DNA of 64,000 nt from Polyangiaceae bacterium (GTDB lineage Bacteria; Myxococcota_A; Polyangia; Polyangiales; Polyangiaceae), in the NCBI GenBank assembly GCA_044376115.1, contig JBILLK010000014.1, forward strand, positions 173,896 to 237,895, written 5' to 3'. The notes under the pieces were generated by a model. The model saw only the letters and a program-made list of their open reading frames with translations. It did no database searches and was not told the DNA's origin. Positions 37,046 through 49,004 of this stretch are shown here, in pieces. A program made the translations under genes and the position numbers. How positions within the stretch are numbered: position 1 is the first letter of the stretch; every line of letters starts with the position of its first letter.

Positions 37046-37919
37046 CCGTGCGCTCCCGCGCGGCGCTTACGAACAGCGCGGCGAACAGCAGGAGCGCAAG
37101 GAAGCCGACCACGCGCCTAGCCGAACTCCGCGGTAGCACCCGCGGCGGCTCCGGAACGGCGGGTAGTGCACGCACCCAACGCTCTTCTCCGAACAGGCTC
37201 CCGTCAGGGTCTCTCACCACGGTGCGACCCGCGCGAATCGCGTCGAGCACGCCCTCGCGCGTTAGGCTCTCGACGAACAGATACGTGCGTGGCTCCCCGA
37301 AATCAGGGCCAAAATGAAAGTCGGAGTTCCCCAGCGACGGTGGGTTTCCACAACGTCGCTGAAACTCGACCACGTCGCTCCACGCTCCCCACGCCTGCGG
37401 CTCACGGAAGGCCAACGGGTGGAGGCGCTCGACCGCATCGAGCTGGGCACAGGCTGGTTCGAGCGCCGGCCAATACAGCTTCACTGGGTGAGCCGCTGCG
37501 ATCACACCGCCCTGAGCATGAACCGCATCCGCGACCGCATGCACAGACTGGCGCGGATCGACCGTCTCTTCGATGCCCAACGCGAGCAAATGAGCATCCC
37601 GCGAAGTGACCTCCTCACCGACGAGCACCAGCACGCGCGAGCTTTTGAGTTCGGCAAAGAGGCGGGCCAGCTTGGCTGGAAAGGTGACGTTGTGCTCGGT
37701 GACGGCGACCACATCGAGTTGACGGTCCTCGGCCAGCAACACCACGTCAGCCGGGGATACGATGCCGTCCGAAAAGCGCGTATGCACGTGAAAGTCCCCC
37801 TCCACGAGCAACAGCCCATCGTGCTTCGTCGCTTGACGGGACGGGCGCTCTCGCGACCAGGAGAGGTACCCAAGGAGCACCAGCAAGAGCACCCAAGCAA
37901 GTCCGCGGGCTCGGCTCAT
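37038..37919 (-). CDS. PHP-domain metallophosphoesterase with N- and C-terminal TM segments
   Basis: DFHVHTRFSDG, TEHN, GEEVT, AHP and NSDFH motifs. Confidence 0.9.
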   Translation of the reverse strand: MSRARGLAWVLLLVLLGYLSWSRERPSRQATKHDGLLLVEGDFHVHTRFSDGIVSPADVVLLAEDRQLDVVAVTEHNVTFPAKLARLFAELKSSRVLVLVGEEVTSRDAHLLALGIEETVDPRQSVHAVADAVHAQGGVIAAAHPVKLYWPALEPACAQLDAVERLHPLAFREPQAWGAWSDVVEFQRRCGNPPSLGNSDFHFGPDFGEPRTYLFVESLTREGVLDAIRAGRTVVRDPDGSLFGEERWVRALPAVPEPPRVLPRSSARRVVGFLALLLFAALFVSAARERTAT

Positions 37920-38497
37920 GAGCGAATTCCCAACGCCTGTGGCAGGAGGTTGTTCATCAGCCCGTACCAGCCAAGCAGCAGCACCAGCCGCAAGACCCAC
38001 TCGGCAAGCAGAACGCCCAACGCTCGAGCCGCGGTCAGCTTCAACACCTCACGCACAAACGCCCAGGCGATGAAGCCGCCGTAAAGCTGCCCCAACATGG
38101 CGAGCCCAACGATCGGACCATAGCGCAGTAGCGGCCCGTGCAGTTCGAAGCACGAGAGCACCGCAATCAGCATCGCGCTCACGACGTGCGGCCCGTTGCC
38201 AGCGAAGCTGAGGTCACACAGCGCAGCGAGATCGCGCCGGCGCAGCGCCAAGCCCACGACGCAGGTCGACGCGAGCTGAATGATCGGCACGAACGCCCAG
38301 GCCGCTCCCGATAGCAGGACGTGTTCGAGTCGAGGTTCTCGCGTCACCGAACACGACACAGCGAGCCCGATCGCGAGCAAGAAGAAGAGCGCGCGGCGAG
38401 CCGCCGAACGCCAAGGATGCCTACGCGGCTCACTCGCCAAAACGCGATAACCAACTCGCGGCCCGAGGAGGAGCACGACCTCTTCGGACCGTTGCAC
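37916..38497 (-). CDS. Hypothetical multi-pass membrane protein
   Basis: Several hydrophobic helices; ATGA overlap with the PHP gene; start uncertain. Confidence 0.7.
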   Translation of the reverse strand: MQRSEEVVLLLGPRVGYRVLASEPRRHPWRSAARRALFFLLAIGLAVSCSVTREPRLEHVLLSGAAWAFVPIIQLASTCVVGLALRRRDLAALCDLSFAGNGPHVVSAMLIAVLSCFELHGPLLRYGPIVGLAMLGQLYGGFIAWAFVREVLKLTAARALGVLLAEWVLRLVLLLGWYGLMNNLLPQALGIRS

Positions 38498-38556
38498 GGC
38501 TCCATTCAAGCGAAGCTTGGAGAAGCTAGCAATCGACGATTGCTTGGCGGCGCTCC

Positions 38557-39513
38557 GTGCTAGAGAAAGCCGTGGCATCAAGGAAGGGGCCGTTCGATCC
38601 CTACGCCGTCGACTGGGGCAGCATTCTGCCGCTTCGATTGCGGGCAGCGACCATCGCTGAGGGCCTCTACGCCGGTATGCACCGCAGCGTGTTGAAGGGC
38701 AGCGGCGTCGAGTTTGCCGGGCAGCGCCCGTACGTCCGCGGGGATGATCTGCGCTTCGTCGACAAGCGGGCCCTGCTTCGCCACGACAAGCTGATGCTCC
38801 GCGAGTTCGAGACGGAGACCGACAGAGCCTTGTGGCTCGTGGTCGACGCCACGCTGTCGATGAGCTTTCGCGGCGGCGGTCCTGCGTCGAAGTACCCGTT
38901 TGCGGCGCTACTTGCGGCGGTGCTGTGCCGCGTCGCTTTGCAAGGTGGAGATCCAGTCGGTCTACTGATCGTAGGCGGCAAGACGCCGAGCTTGCTCCAA
39001 GCCTCCGGGGCTCGTGAGATGTTTCATCGCGTCAGTGACGCACTTTCACAGCTGACGCCCGCCGGAGATTGGTCGGAGCGCGACGGAGACTTCGAGCACG
39101 CGTTGGCACCGCTCCATGAGAAGGCGCGTCGAGGCTCGACCATCGTGCTGCTCAGTGACCTCGTAGACTTGCCTGAAAAAGGCTTGCAGCGCGTGACGGA
39201 GCTAGCGACGAGAAACCGCCGGGTTCACGTCGTGCGCGTGCTCTCGCCGGAAGAAGCGACGTTGCCCTTCAAAGAACAGGCGCGTTGGACGAGCTTGGAG
39301 GGCAACTTCGTCGTCGAGGCCAACCCGATCGCAGCACGGGAGCTCTATCTCAAGGAGCTCGCTGCACTCGAGACGCGTTGGCGTGATTCGCTTGCACGCA
39401 CCGGAGGATCCATTACGCGCGCGCTCACGAGCGAGGAGCCAGCTCAGGTGGTCGTCCAGCTGCTGCACCGAATTCGCGGTCTCAGTGAAGCCGCTGGGGA
39501 GAGGACGCCATGA
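38557..39513 (+). CDS. DUF58 domain protein (MoxR-associated)
   Basis: GMHRS...GSGVEFAGQRPYVRGDDLRFVD, REFETE, DATLSM and LSDL motifs. Confidence 0.93.
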   Translation: MLEKAVASRKGPFDPYAVDWGSILPLRLRAATIAEGLYAGMHRSVLKGSGVEFAGQRPYVRGDDLRFVDKRALLRHDKLMLREFETETDRALWLVVDATLSMSFRGGGPASKYPFAALLAAVLCRVALQGGDPVGLLIVGGKTPSLLQASGAREMFHRVSDALSQLTPAGDWSERDGDFEHALAPLHEKARRGSTIVLLSDLVDLPEKGLQRVTELATRNRRVHVVRVLSPEEATLPFKEQARWTSLEGNFVVEANPIAARELYLKELAALETRWRDSLARTGGSITRALTSEEPAQVVVQLLHRIRGLSEAAGERTP

Positions 39514-41486
39514 GCTTTCTTACGTCCTTTGCCCTGTTCGCGATCGTACTAGCGGCGGTACCACTGTTTGCACATTTGCTCCGTCGTCAGCGCGCGCGAG
39601 AGATCGTGTTGCCGACGGCCAAGCTGCTCGCAGCCAGCCTGCCCGAGGCTCGCAAACGCAGCGCACTCGAGGACAGGTTGCTCTTGTCGCTACGGGTGCT
39701 CGCGATCGCGGCGCTGGTGATGCTCGGCGCAACGCCCTTCGTTCACTGCTCCCACCTGGCGCTCAATCGCAAAGACGGTGCTTCGATTGCGCTCGTATTC
39801 GTGATCGATGATTCGCTTTCGATGCGCGCCCCTTTGCCAGGTGGTGAGACGCGCTTGGAAGCGGCTCGCAAGGCCGCGCTGGAGCTGGTGGAGGCCGGCG
39901 CAGAGGGAGACTCGTACGCGATTGTGCTGGCTGGCCGGCCGGTGCGAGTCGAGCTTGCGCCCACGCTCGACAAGGCCAGCGCCGCCACTGCGCTCGCGGC
40001 GCTCGAGCCGTCCGACCGCGCGACAGACCTCAGCTTCGCGCTCGAATCGGCGCGCGCCCTGCTCGAGCGGCAGCCGCAAGCGGACAAGCGCATCGTGTTG
40101 CTATCGGACCTCGCCGATGCGTCAGGTGAAGGGCAGCTCGCAAGCGAGGGCGCGGTACTTTGGTACCCCGCCCCGGAGCTTCGTGCGAATGAAGCAAGCT
40201 ACGACTGCGCAGTCATTTCGGCCGAGCAGCATGGGGCAGCGGTCGAAGTGAACGCACGCTGCGTTGGGAGTTCGGAGCAGTCGCGTGAAGTCGTGCTTCA
40301 CGAAGCGGGCAAGCCTGACGCCGTGGTCGCCCGAGCACCGCTACCGAAAGACGCAGCCACGGTCACGTTGAAGCTCGCATCCAACCAAAGCCCAACCGAG
40401 CTCGACGTCCGACTCGTTCCCGCCGACACCATCGCGGCAGACGATGCAGCCCCGGTGTTGCTCGAGAACAACGAATTTCGGCTCGGGGTGATGGTTGATA
40501 CCGAAGGCTCCAAGGTCGAGACGGGTGGGCCGTCGCCAGTGGAGCAGGCGCTCGCGGCGCTCGACTCAGGGGCCTCGATTCGCGCGCTGACCACCATCCC
40601 ATCACAAGAGGAACTGGCGAGCCTGAAGGGCTTGGTTCTCGACGATCCGGCTGGACTTGCCCCAGAGGATCGGGCCGCGTTGATCGAGTGGGTAGAAGCG
40701 GGCGGCTTCCTGCTGGTAACGCTGAGCCGCAACGCAGAGTCAGCATCGCTGGCCGCTACCTTTGGTGCGCTAGTCCCTGGCGTTTTGCGGCTGGACAGTG
40801 CGCCTCCGAAGGGAGCCGAGGTCTCCCGCTGCAGCGTGTTTGGAGAGAGCGCACAGAGCCTCGCCGAGTTGAGTCCTGTTTCTCGTGTCCGACTGGAACT
40901 GCCGCTCTATCGTGACGCGGAGACGCTATGTGAATGGAAGGACGGGGCGCCGCTGGTCCTGCGGCGGGCACTCGGGCGCGGAAGCGTGACGACGGTTACC
41001 ACGAGCTTCCGCTTGGAGGACAGCGAGCTCCCTCTGCGGCCCGCGTTTCTTTCGTTGCTCGACGGCTTCGTCAGCGTTGCGAAGGAGAGCCACGGCCTAG
41101 GCGTGGTCACGGTGGGCCAGCCGCTCACCTTCAAAGCTCCCTCCGACGGCCCGGGGCAGCTCGTAACGACCGCCACCGGCAACAAGTCGCAGCTCCCTCG
41201 CTCGGCGGCCGGGAGTTCACTGCCAACGGCGCTCGTTGGGCGATACACCTTTGTCACGGCGGACAAATCAAGCCAAAGAATGGCGCTCATCCCCGAAGGG
41301 GAGATCGATTTTCGTGTTCGTCCGGTAGTTGAGGGCGCAAACGACGCTGCGCTCGGCGGCCGCGCTCGGGATCGCGACGTTTCAGCCTTCGTCGCGTTTT
41401 TACTGCTGGCGCTGCTGCTTTTGGAGTCTGCCGTCCGCACCTTCACCCCACCAGCGAGCCAAGCCGACAAGACCGCAGTTGTGTGA
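39510..41486 (+). CDS. BatA N-terminal + vWA domain membrane protein
   Basis: PLFAHLLRR...LLLSLRVLAI BatA motif, MIDAS DDSLSM, LLSDL, C-terminal TM LLLLES. Confidence 0.9.
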   Translation: MSFLTSFALFAIVLAAVPLFAHLLRRQRAREIVLPTAKLLAASLPEARKRSALEDRLLLSLRVLAIAALVMLGATPFVHCSHLALNRKDGASIALVFVIDDSLSMRAPLPGGETRLEAARKAALELVEAGAEGDSYAIVLAGRPVRVELAPTLDKASAATALAALEPSDRATDLSFALESARALLERQPQADKRIVLLSDLADASGEGQLASEGAVLWYPAPELRANEASYDCAVISAEQHGAAVEVNARCVGSSEQSREVVLHEAGKPDAVVARAPLPKDAATVTLKLASNQSPTELDVRLVPADTIAADDAAPVLLENNEFRLGVMVDTEGSKVETGGPSPVEQALAALDSGASIRALTTIPSQEELASLKGLVLDDPAGLAPEDRAALIEWVEAGGFLLVTLSRNAESASLAATFGALVPGVLRLDSAPPKGAEVSRCSVFGESAQSLAELSPVSRVRLELPLYRDAETLCEWKDGAPLVLRRALGRGSVTTVTTSFRLEDSELPLRPAFLSLLDGFVSVAKESHGLGVVTVGQPLTFKAPSDGPGQLVTTATGNKSQLPRSAAGSSLPTALVGRYTFVTADKSSQRMALIPEGEIDFRVRPVVEGANDAALGGRARDRDVSAFVAFLLLALLLLESAVRTFTPPASQADKTAVV

Positions 41487-41549
41487 GCCCTCGGGCGACA
41501 CTATAAGAACAGGAGGCGTGGACCATTCGTGGCCGCGACCCGGAGGAAA

Positions 41550-42473
41550 ATGTACGGACCCGTTCGTGACGGCGCGAGTGCGCCGCGTTCCAAGGTTACC
41601 GTTCCGCAAATTCGCGCTCGTAAGCGGGTGGGCCCAGCAGGTGGACCGGCCGCGGGGCCTGCCATCGCGATGATTACGGCCTACGACTACACGATGGCGC
41701 GCCTGCTCGACGAAGGGGGTGCAGACCTCCTGCTGGTCGGGGACTCGCTCGGGATGGTGGTGCAGGGCCACAAGACCACCCTGCCGGTCACCGTCGACGA
41801 GATTTGCTACCACGGACGAGCCGTCGCCCGCGGAGCCGAGAGAGCGCATGTGGTCGGAGACATGCCCTTCATGAGCTTTCAAACTTCTCCCATCGCCGCG
41901 CTCGAGAACGCTGGAAAGATGATGAAGGACGGCGCGTTTGAGAGCGTGAAGTTGGAAGGCGGAGTGGAATTTGCCGAACACGTGCGGCGCATCGTTTGCG
42001 CTGGGATCCCAGTGATGGGGCACGTCGGGCTGTTGCCGCAGAGCGTCCACGCAATGGGCGGTTTCAAGGTCCAAGGCAAGCGTGAGGACGACGCTGAGCG
42101 CGTGCTTCGAGATGCAAAGGCGCTCGAAGAAGCGGGTGCATATGCCATCGTCCTCGAGGCCATCCCACCGGATCTCGCGGCGCAAATCACGCAGAGCGTG
42201 AGCATCCCAACCATTGGCATCGGAGCCGGTGCGCAATGCGATGGTCAGGTGCTGGTTTGTTACGATCTACTCGGCATGTACCGCAGCTTGTCACCCAAGT
42301 TTGCGAAGAAGTTCGCCGAGGTAGGAGACAGCATCGTGGCCGCAACACGGGACTACGTGCGTGAGGTCAGCGAGGGGACGTTCCCAGCGGCCGCCCACAG
42401 CTTCAAGCCCAACGGCTTTCGCGTCGGCGATGAGCCCGAGGTTGATCCGGTGGTAGACGCGCACGTTCACTGA
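41550..42473 (+). CDS. panB: 3-methyl-2-oxobutanoate hydroxymethyltransferase
   Basis: MITAYDY, LLVGDSLGM, VKLEGG, GHVGLLPQ and TIGIGAG motifs; SD GGAGG before ATG 41550. Confidence 0.98.
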   Translation: MYGPVRDGASAPRSKVTVPQIRARKRVGPAGGPAAGPAIAMITAYDYTMARLLDEGGADLLLVGDSLGMVVQGHKTTLPVTVDEICYHGRAVARGAERAHVVGDMPFMSFQTSPIAALENAGKMMKDGAFESVKLEGGVEFAEHVRRIVCAGIPVMGHVGLLPQSVHAMGGFKVQGKREDDAERVLRDAKALEEAGAYAIVLEAIPPDLAAQITQSVSIPTIGIGAGAQCDGQVLVCYDLLGMYRSLSPKFAKKFAEVGDSIVAATRDYVREVSEGTFPAAAHSFKPNGFRVGDEPEVDPVVDAHVH

Positions 42474-42568
42474 GCCTTGCCGCTTCGGCGGAAAAGACGA
42501 AGGGCCGTCGCGGTGTACCGGACGGCCCTTTGGCTTTGCTACGTGACAACGCTGGTTTTGGTGACCGA

Positions 42569-43933
42569 TCAGCCCCCTTCGGTGGAGCGCACAGCACGAC
42601 GCCGACGGGAGACAGACAAGGCCGCAATCGCCGAGAGGCCGAGGAGCACCCAACCTGAATTGGTGCTCTGAGATACGGCGCAGCCAGCTCCGCCACCACC
42701 ACCACCGACACTCGCACCGCCATTGCCGTCTCCGAAGCCGTCGTCATCACACGGGGGAGGCGGAGGCGGACACGCGGGCGGCGTCCCAATCGCGTTCTCG
42801 ACGTTGAACCAGCGATTGATTGGACGCTGTTGCTCCGAAGCCTGCAGCACGAGGTCTTCACCCAGTGCAGCCCGCGAGAGCTCTGCGCCCATTCGCGAGA
42901 CCCAAAGGTTCTGCGGGTTGATTCCGGAGAGGAGCGTGTCGATATCGGCTTGGGCCTCCTCCACTGCGCCAGCGCCCTGAGCGTCACCGTAACCGCTCGC
43001 CGCCGGGTCGTAGGAAGCGAGGCTCACCAGCGAGTCGAAGGTATACGTGTCATACAGCGGCTCGCCAGACTCGAGGTGCCAAGCAAAGCCGTTGCTCTCT
43101 GCAAAGCGGTTCGCACGAATCGTTGAGTAGTTGCTCTTGCCGGCGTCCCAATCCCAAACCAGCTCCTGCTGCAAAATCTGGAACGTCGGGAAGTTCTGCG
43201 GCTCGTAGCGGCCCTCGCTCACGACCCACAAGGTAATTGCGGTGTTGGCCCCCGTCCCCGCCGCGACCATGCGCAGCGGCAGGCCTGCGCCGACTCCTGG
43301 GGTGGTGATGCGAACGGGCCGCATCGAGTCAATCCCCTGGCCGGGCACCAAACGCATGGCGAGGAAGTCGAACTTCTCGGCAACGTACGAGTCAATCACT
43401 GGCGTGATGTCGGCGGGAATGGTGTAGCCGTGGCTGGTTAGCCACGTCACGAGCGCCTCAGGATCGGTGGCAGACAATTGCACCGTCTCGTAAGGACCCA
43501 CGACCTCCTGCGCGATGACCTCGACGCCACTATCCCCACCGCCGTTACCACCAGCGCCTGTGGCCCCGAAGGACCCGCCGCCAGATCCACAACTTCCACC
43601 GCTATTGCAGTTGATGACCGGCGAGTTGATTGAGACCTGGGTGACCCCCTCGAGCGCCGCAAAAAGCGCGTCCGACGACAGGCCAACGTCGACTTGACCC
43701 CGGATTGGCAGGATCCACGCGAAGCTCTCTGGTGCCCCCGAGTAGGTGATCTGATCGTAGAGCGTCGACTGCGTCGTCGAGATGCTCAGGGCCATTCGGT
43801 GCCCCGTCACTTGGGTATTTTCGGTCTGCGATACGAAGCAACCACCACAAGCCTTCGCCTCGGTTGGCGACCAAAGCGTCACGGCTGCGAACGTTCCAAG
43901 CAGCATTGATCCGCAAAGCAAAGCCTTCTTCAT
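42569..43933 (-). CDS. DUF2330 domain protein with MYXO-CTERM-like sorting tail
   Basis: Signal + ACGGCF, FAWILP, VGPYE and LPLRM motifs; C-terminal GC-TM-RRRR. Confidence 0.9.
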   Translation of the reverse strand: MKKALLCGSMLLGTFAAVTLWSPTEAKACGGCFVSQTENTQVTGHRMALSISTTQSTLYDQITYSGAPESFAWILPIRGQVDVGLSSDALFAALEGVTQVSINSPVINCNSGGSCGSGGGSFGATGAGGNGGGDSGVEVIAQEVVGPYETVQLSATDPEALVTWLTSHGYTIPADITPVIDSYVAEKFDFLAMRLVPGQGIDSMRPVRITTPGVGAGLPLRMVAAGTGANTAITLWVVSEGRYEPQNFPTFQILQQELVWDWDAGKSNYSTIRANRFAESNGFAWHLESGEPLYDTYTFDSLVSLASYDPAASGYGDAQGAGAVEEAQADIDTLLSGINPQNLWVSRMGAELSRAALGEDLVLQASEQQRPINRWFNVENAIGTPPACPPPPPPCDDDGFGDGNGGASVGGGGGGAGCAVSQSTNSGWVLLGLSAIAALSVSRRRRAVRSTEGG

Positions 43934-44093
43934 GAACCCTCCATCGACGATCCAGGCCGAACAGCAACGTTCGTACCAGAGCCTGTGGTGCGCCGCCCCT
44001 AGGTCTGAGCGCTTGAATCACTGACTGGGCTAGAACGGAAGTGCCAAAGGGTGCCACCTCAGCAGCTCCAAACGCGACAGACTTGGTTCGCGG

Positions 44094-46214
44094 TTAGCCC
44101 AGAAGGCCTTCATCGAGCCGGCGCATACCTTCGAGCAACAAGCCCTCCGGCGATACGTCGATCGTGCGGTCGGTGGGAACCACGTCCGCGTCGATGTGAA
44201 AGTCCCCCTCTTTGATCGCGAGCATCGCGTAAAACGCCTCTTCGCCGCGCTTGGTGCCGTAGCGAGCATCGACGATCTGGCCCTCCGAAAACCCGATGTC
44301 ACCCGACGCCGAGCGCGTCTTGAGCCGAATCGTGCAGGTCTTGCGGCCGTGCCAAAGGATTTGGACGACGTCGGGAATCCCCATCTCGGCGAGGCTTCCG
44401 CTCACCCCGCGAGGAGCCGTGGGTGCGCGAGCGCGCTTTCGCTCAATGAGCTGGCGCAGCTTGGTCACGAGCACCTCCGCAGGCGTGGGCTTCGACACGA
44501 GATCGTCAACGCCTAGCTCAAAGACGATCTCAGCGAGCTGACGATCGGTCTTACGAGTGTGAACAATCCAAGCGATTACGCGTTGGCCCCAGGGCTCAGC
44601 GGCGGCGGCGGTGCGCAGGCTCAGCCCTGCATCGTCCGAGTCGAGATCGACCTCGCTGATGACCACCGTGACGTCGCGACTCTTCAGCTCGTGAATCGCC
44701 TGCTGATAGGTCCGCGCGATTCGAACATCGAAACCCGCCTCAATCAGGCGCAGCTCAAGAATGATCGACTCCTCGGGATCGGGGTCGACCAGGAGCACGT
44801 TGTTACGTTCCGCGAGGATCTTCGCTCGAAGGTCTTCACCCGCGACTTCGGTCTTCACCAAGTCGAGCACCGTCGGATCGAACACGGTGCCGCGATACTT
44901 GCTGAGGAACTCGACCGCCTCGACCGCGTTCAAGATACGACGCGCCGGGTTGCGCGTATTCATCGTCAGATCAGCATAAGAGTCCACCACCGCCAGGATG
45001 CGACCACCGAGCGGGATGTCCTTGTTCCCAACGCCGAGCGGGAACCCTCGACCGTCGAACCGCTCGTACATCGAGTTGAGGGCGCTCTTTGAATCCGCAT
45101 GCAGTCCCACCGCCTGCAAGAAGCGGTCGGGCACGTTGAATACCTTTTGCGCAGCGGCGCGGTGCCCGTCGTACTCGGCGACGTTGAGAGCGGTGAGGTG
45201 ATAGGTGCCGGCCTTACCGAGATCGTGAAGGTAGGCGGCGACGACGTAGGCCACCGTTTGCGGCGCCGGTAGGCTCATGCGGTCACAAACACGCTTGATG
45301 AGTCGGGCGCACTGCGCAGAATGACCGCGCAACTCAGGCCGACTGTTCTCGAGCAGCGTTACCAAAACGTTGAGCGTCTCAACGTAATCGACGGTCAGCG
45401 TGACGGGCGGCGACGCGAGCAGATCAGCATCGCTCGAACGCCTACCCGCGCGCCGCGGATCTAGCCGAGGAGGCGCCTCCTGCATCGGCGGTGGGGGCGG
45501 CGGCGGTGGAGGCGGTGGCGGCGGCGGCGGTGGGGGCGGCGGCGGCGGAGGAGGTGGTTGGGGCGGCAACTCGGGCGCCGACGGCGCTCTGAGATCCTGA
45601 CGGGCTCGCGATGGAAGCTGATGAACGATCCCCGCGATCGGTTGCGCTGCCTCTTCGATGGGGCCGGAATTGGTTACGGTTCCACTAAAGCGATGCACGG
45701 TGAGCACGAGCCCGCTGCCACCTCGCATGAGCTCAGCAAACGGGTTTGTATCGTTGTAGTAACCGCGCGCGATGGCAGCGCGAATCGCCGCTGGCCGCGC
45801 GACGATCGTCAAGACGTCGCGCACGCCGCTAGCAATCTTTACTTCATGCAACGCGCTCAGGTCCTGCGGATCAGCCGTGACGACGGTCAGCGTGCGCGAG
45901 ACCTCATCGGCCATGACGGGAAAGACGCAGTGCTGGTCCGCAAGCTTACGCGGCACGAGGGTCAGCAATTTTGAATCGAATCCGGCTTTGTAGAGCTTCT
46001 CGGTAGAGACGAATCGAGTGTTGTGGAGCGTTGAGATGTAGCGAAGAAGCTCGACCTCACTCAGAAGTTGGTTCTCGAGAATCGCGTCTTCAACGCGTCC
46101 TCCGTGGAGGCCCACGTAAGCCATCACCGTCGCGTGCATGTCGGCGGCGAGAACTCCATCCGACATCATCCGGTCGGCAAGCCGCTGATTGGAAGCGTTG
46201 TTCGTGTTCTGCAT
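44094..46214 (-). CDS. MshEN/GspE-N + HD-GYP-like + receiver-like + DUF4388 signalling protein
   Basis: RLADRMMSDGVL N-terminus; GHS...HDLGK...ERFDGRGFP...RILAVVDSY; VLLVDPD...SKP; GSLAEMGIPDVVQIL...LLLEGMRRLDE. Confidence 0.88.
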   Translation of the reverse strand: MQNTNNASNQRLADRMMSDGVLAADMHATVMAYVGLHGGRVEDAILENQLLSEVELLRYISTLHNTRFVSTEKLYKAGFDSKLLTLVPRKLADQHCVFPVMADEVSRTLTVVTADPQDLSALHEVKIASGVRDVLTIVARPAAIRAAIARGYYNDTNPFAELMRGGSGLVLTVHRFSGTVTNSGPIEEAAQPIAGIVHQLPSRARQDLRAPSAPELPPQPPPPPPPPPPPPPPPPPPPPPPPPMQEAPPRLDPRRAGRRSSDADLLASPPVTLTVDYVETLNVLVTLLENSRPELRGHSAQCARLIKRVCDRMSLPAPQTVAYVVAAYLHDLGKAGTYHLTALNVAEYDGHRAAAQKVFNVPDRFLQAVGLHADSKSALNSMYERFDGRGFPLGVGNKDIPLGGRILAVVDSYADLTMNTRNPARRILNAVEAVEFLSKYRGTVFDPTVLDLVKTEVAGEDLRAKILAERNNVLLVDPDPEESIILELRLIEAGFDVRIARTYQQAIHELKSRDVTVVISEVDLDSDDAGLSLRTAAAAEPWGQRVIAWIVHTRKTDRQLAEIVFELGVDDLVSKPTPAEVLVTKLRQLIERKRARAPTAPRGVSGSLAEMGIPDVVQILWHGRKTCTIRLKTRSASGDIGFSEGQIVDARYGTKRGEEAFYAMLAIKEGDFHIDADVVPTDRTIDVSPEGLLLEGMRRLDEGLLG
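45486..45557 (-). repeat. Poly-proline tract (24 consecutive Pro codons)
   Basis: (NGG)24 on the plus strand, within the linker of 44094..46214. Confidence 0.95.
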
Positions 46215-46330
46215 TGGAGACGAGGTCGTCGGACAAAAGAGAATCGCCCGAGCGGTGCTGCTTCCAGCATAGCCCGGGCGAGTCCAGCGTAGCGCGACAA
46301 GTTCAGTGTCGCCGCGCAGCTTGCTTTAAG

Positions 46331-48871
<2,541 letters not shown>

Positions 48872-49004
48872 GTCCAAGGATCTCCTCGCGCCCGGGGGAC
48901 CGGGCTCACCCTGGACGAGCCGTTTGAACGACCGGCCTGTCAATGCCTGGGCCGCCAGGGGGGCGCCCGAGTACCTCGGCTGCTCGGATTTCGCAAGGCT
49001 TGCC

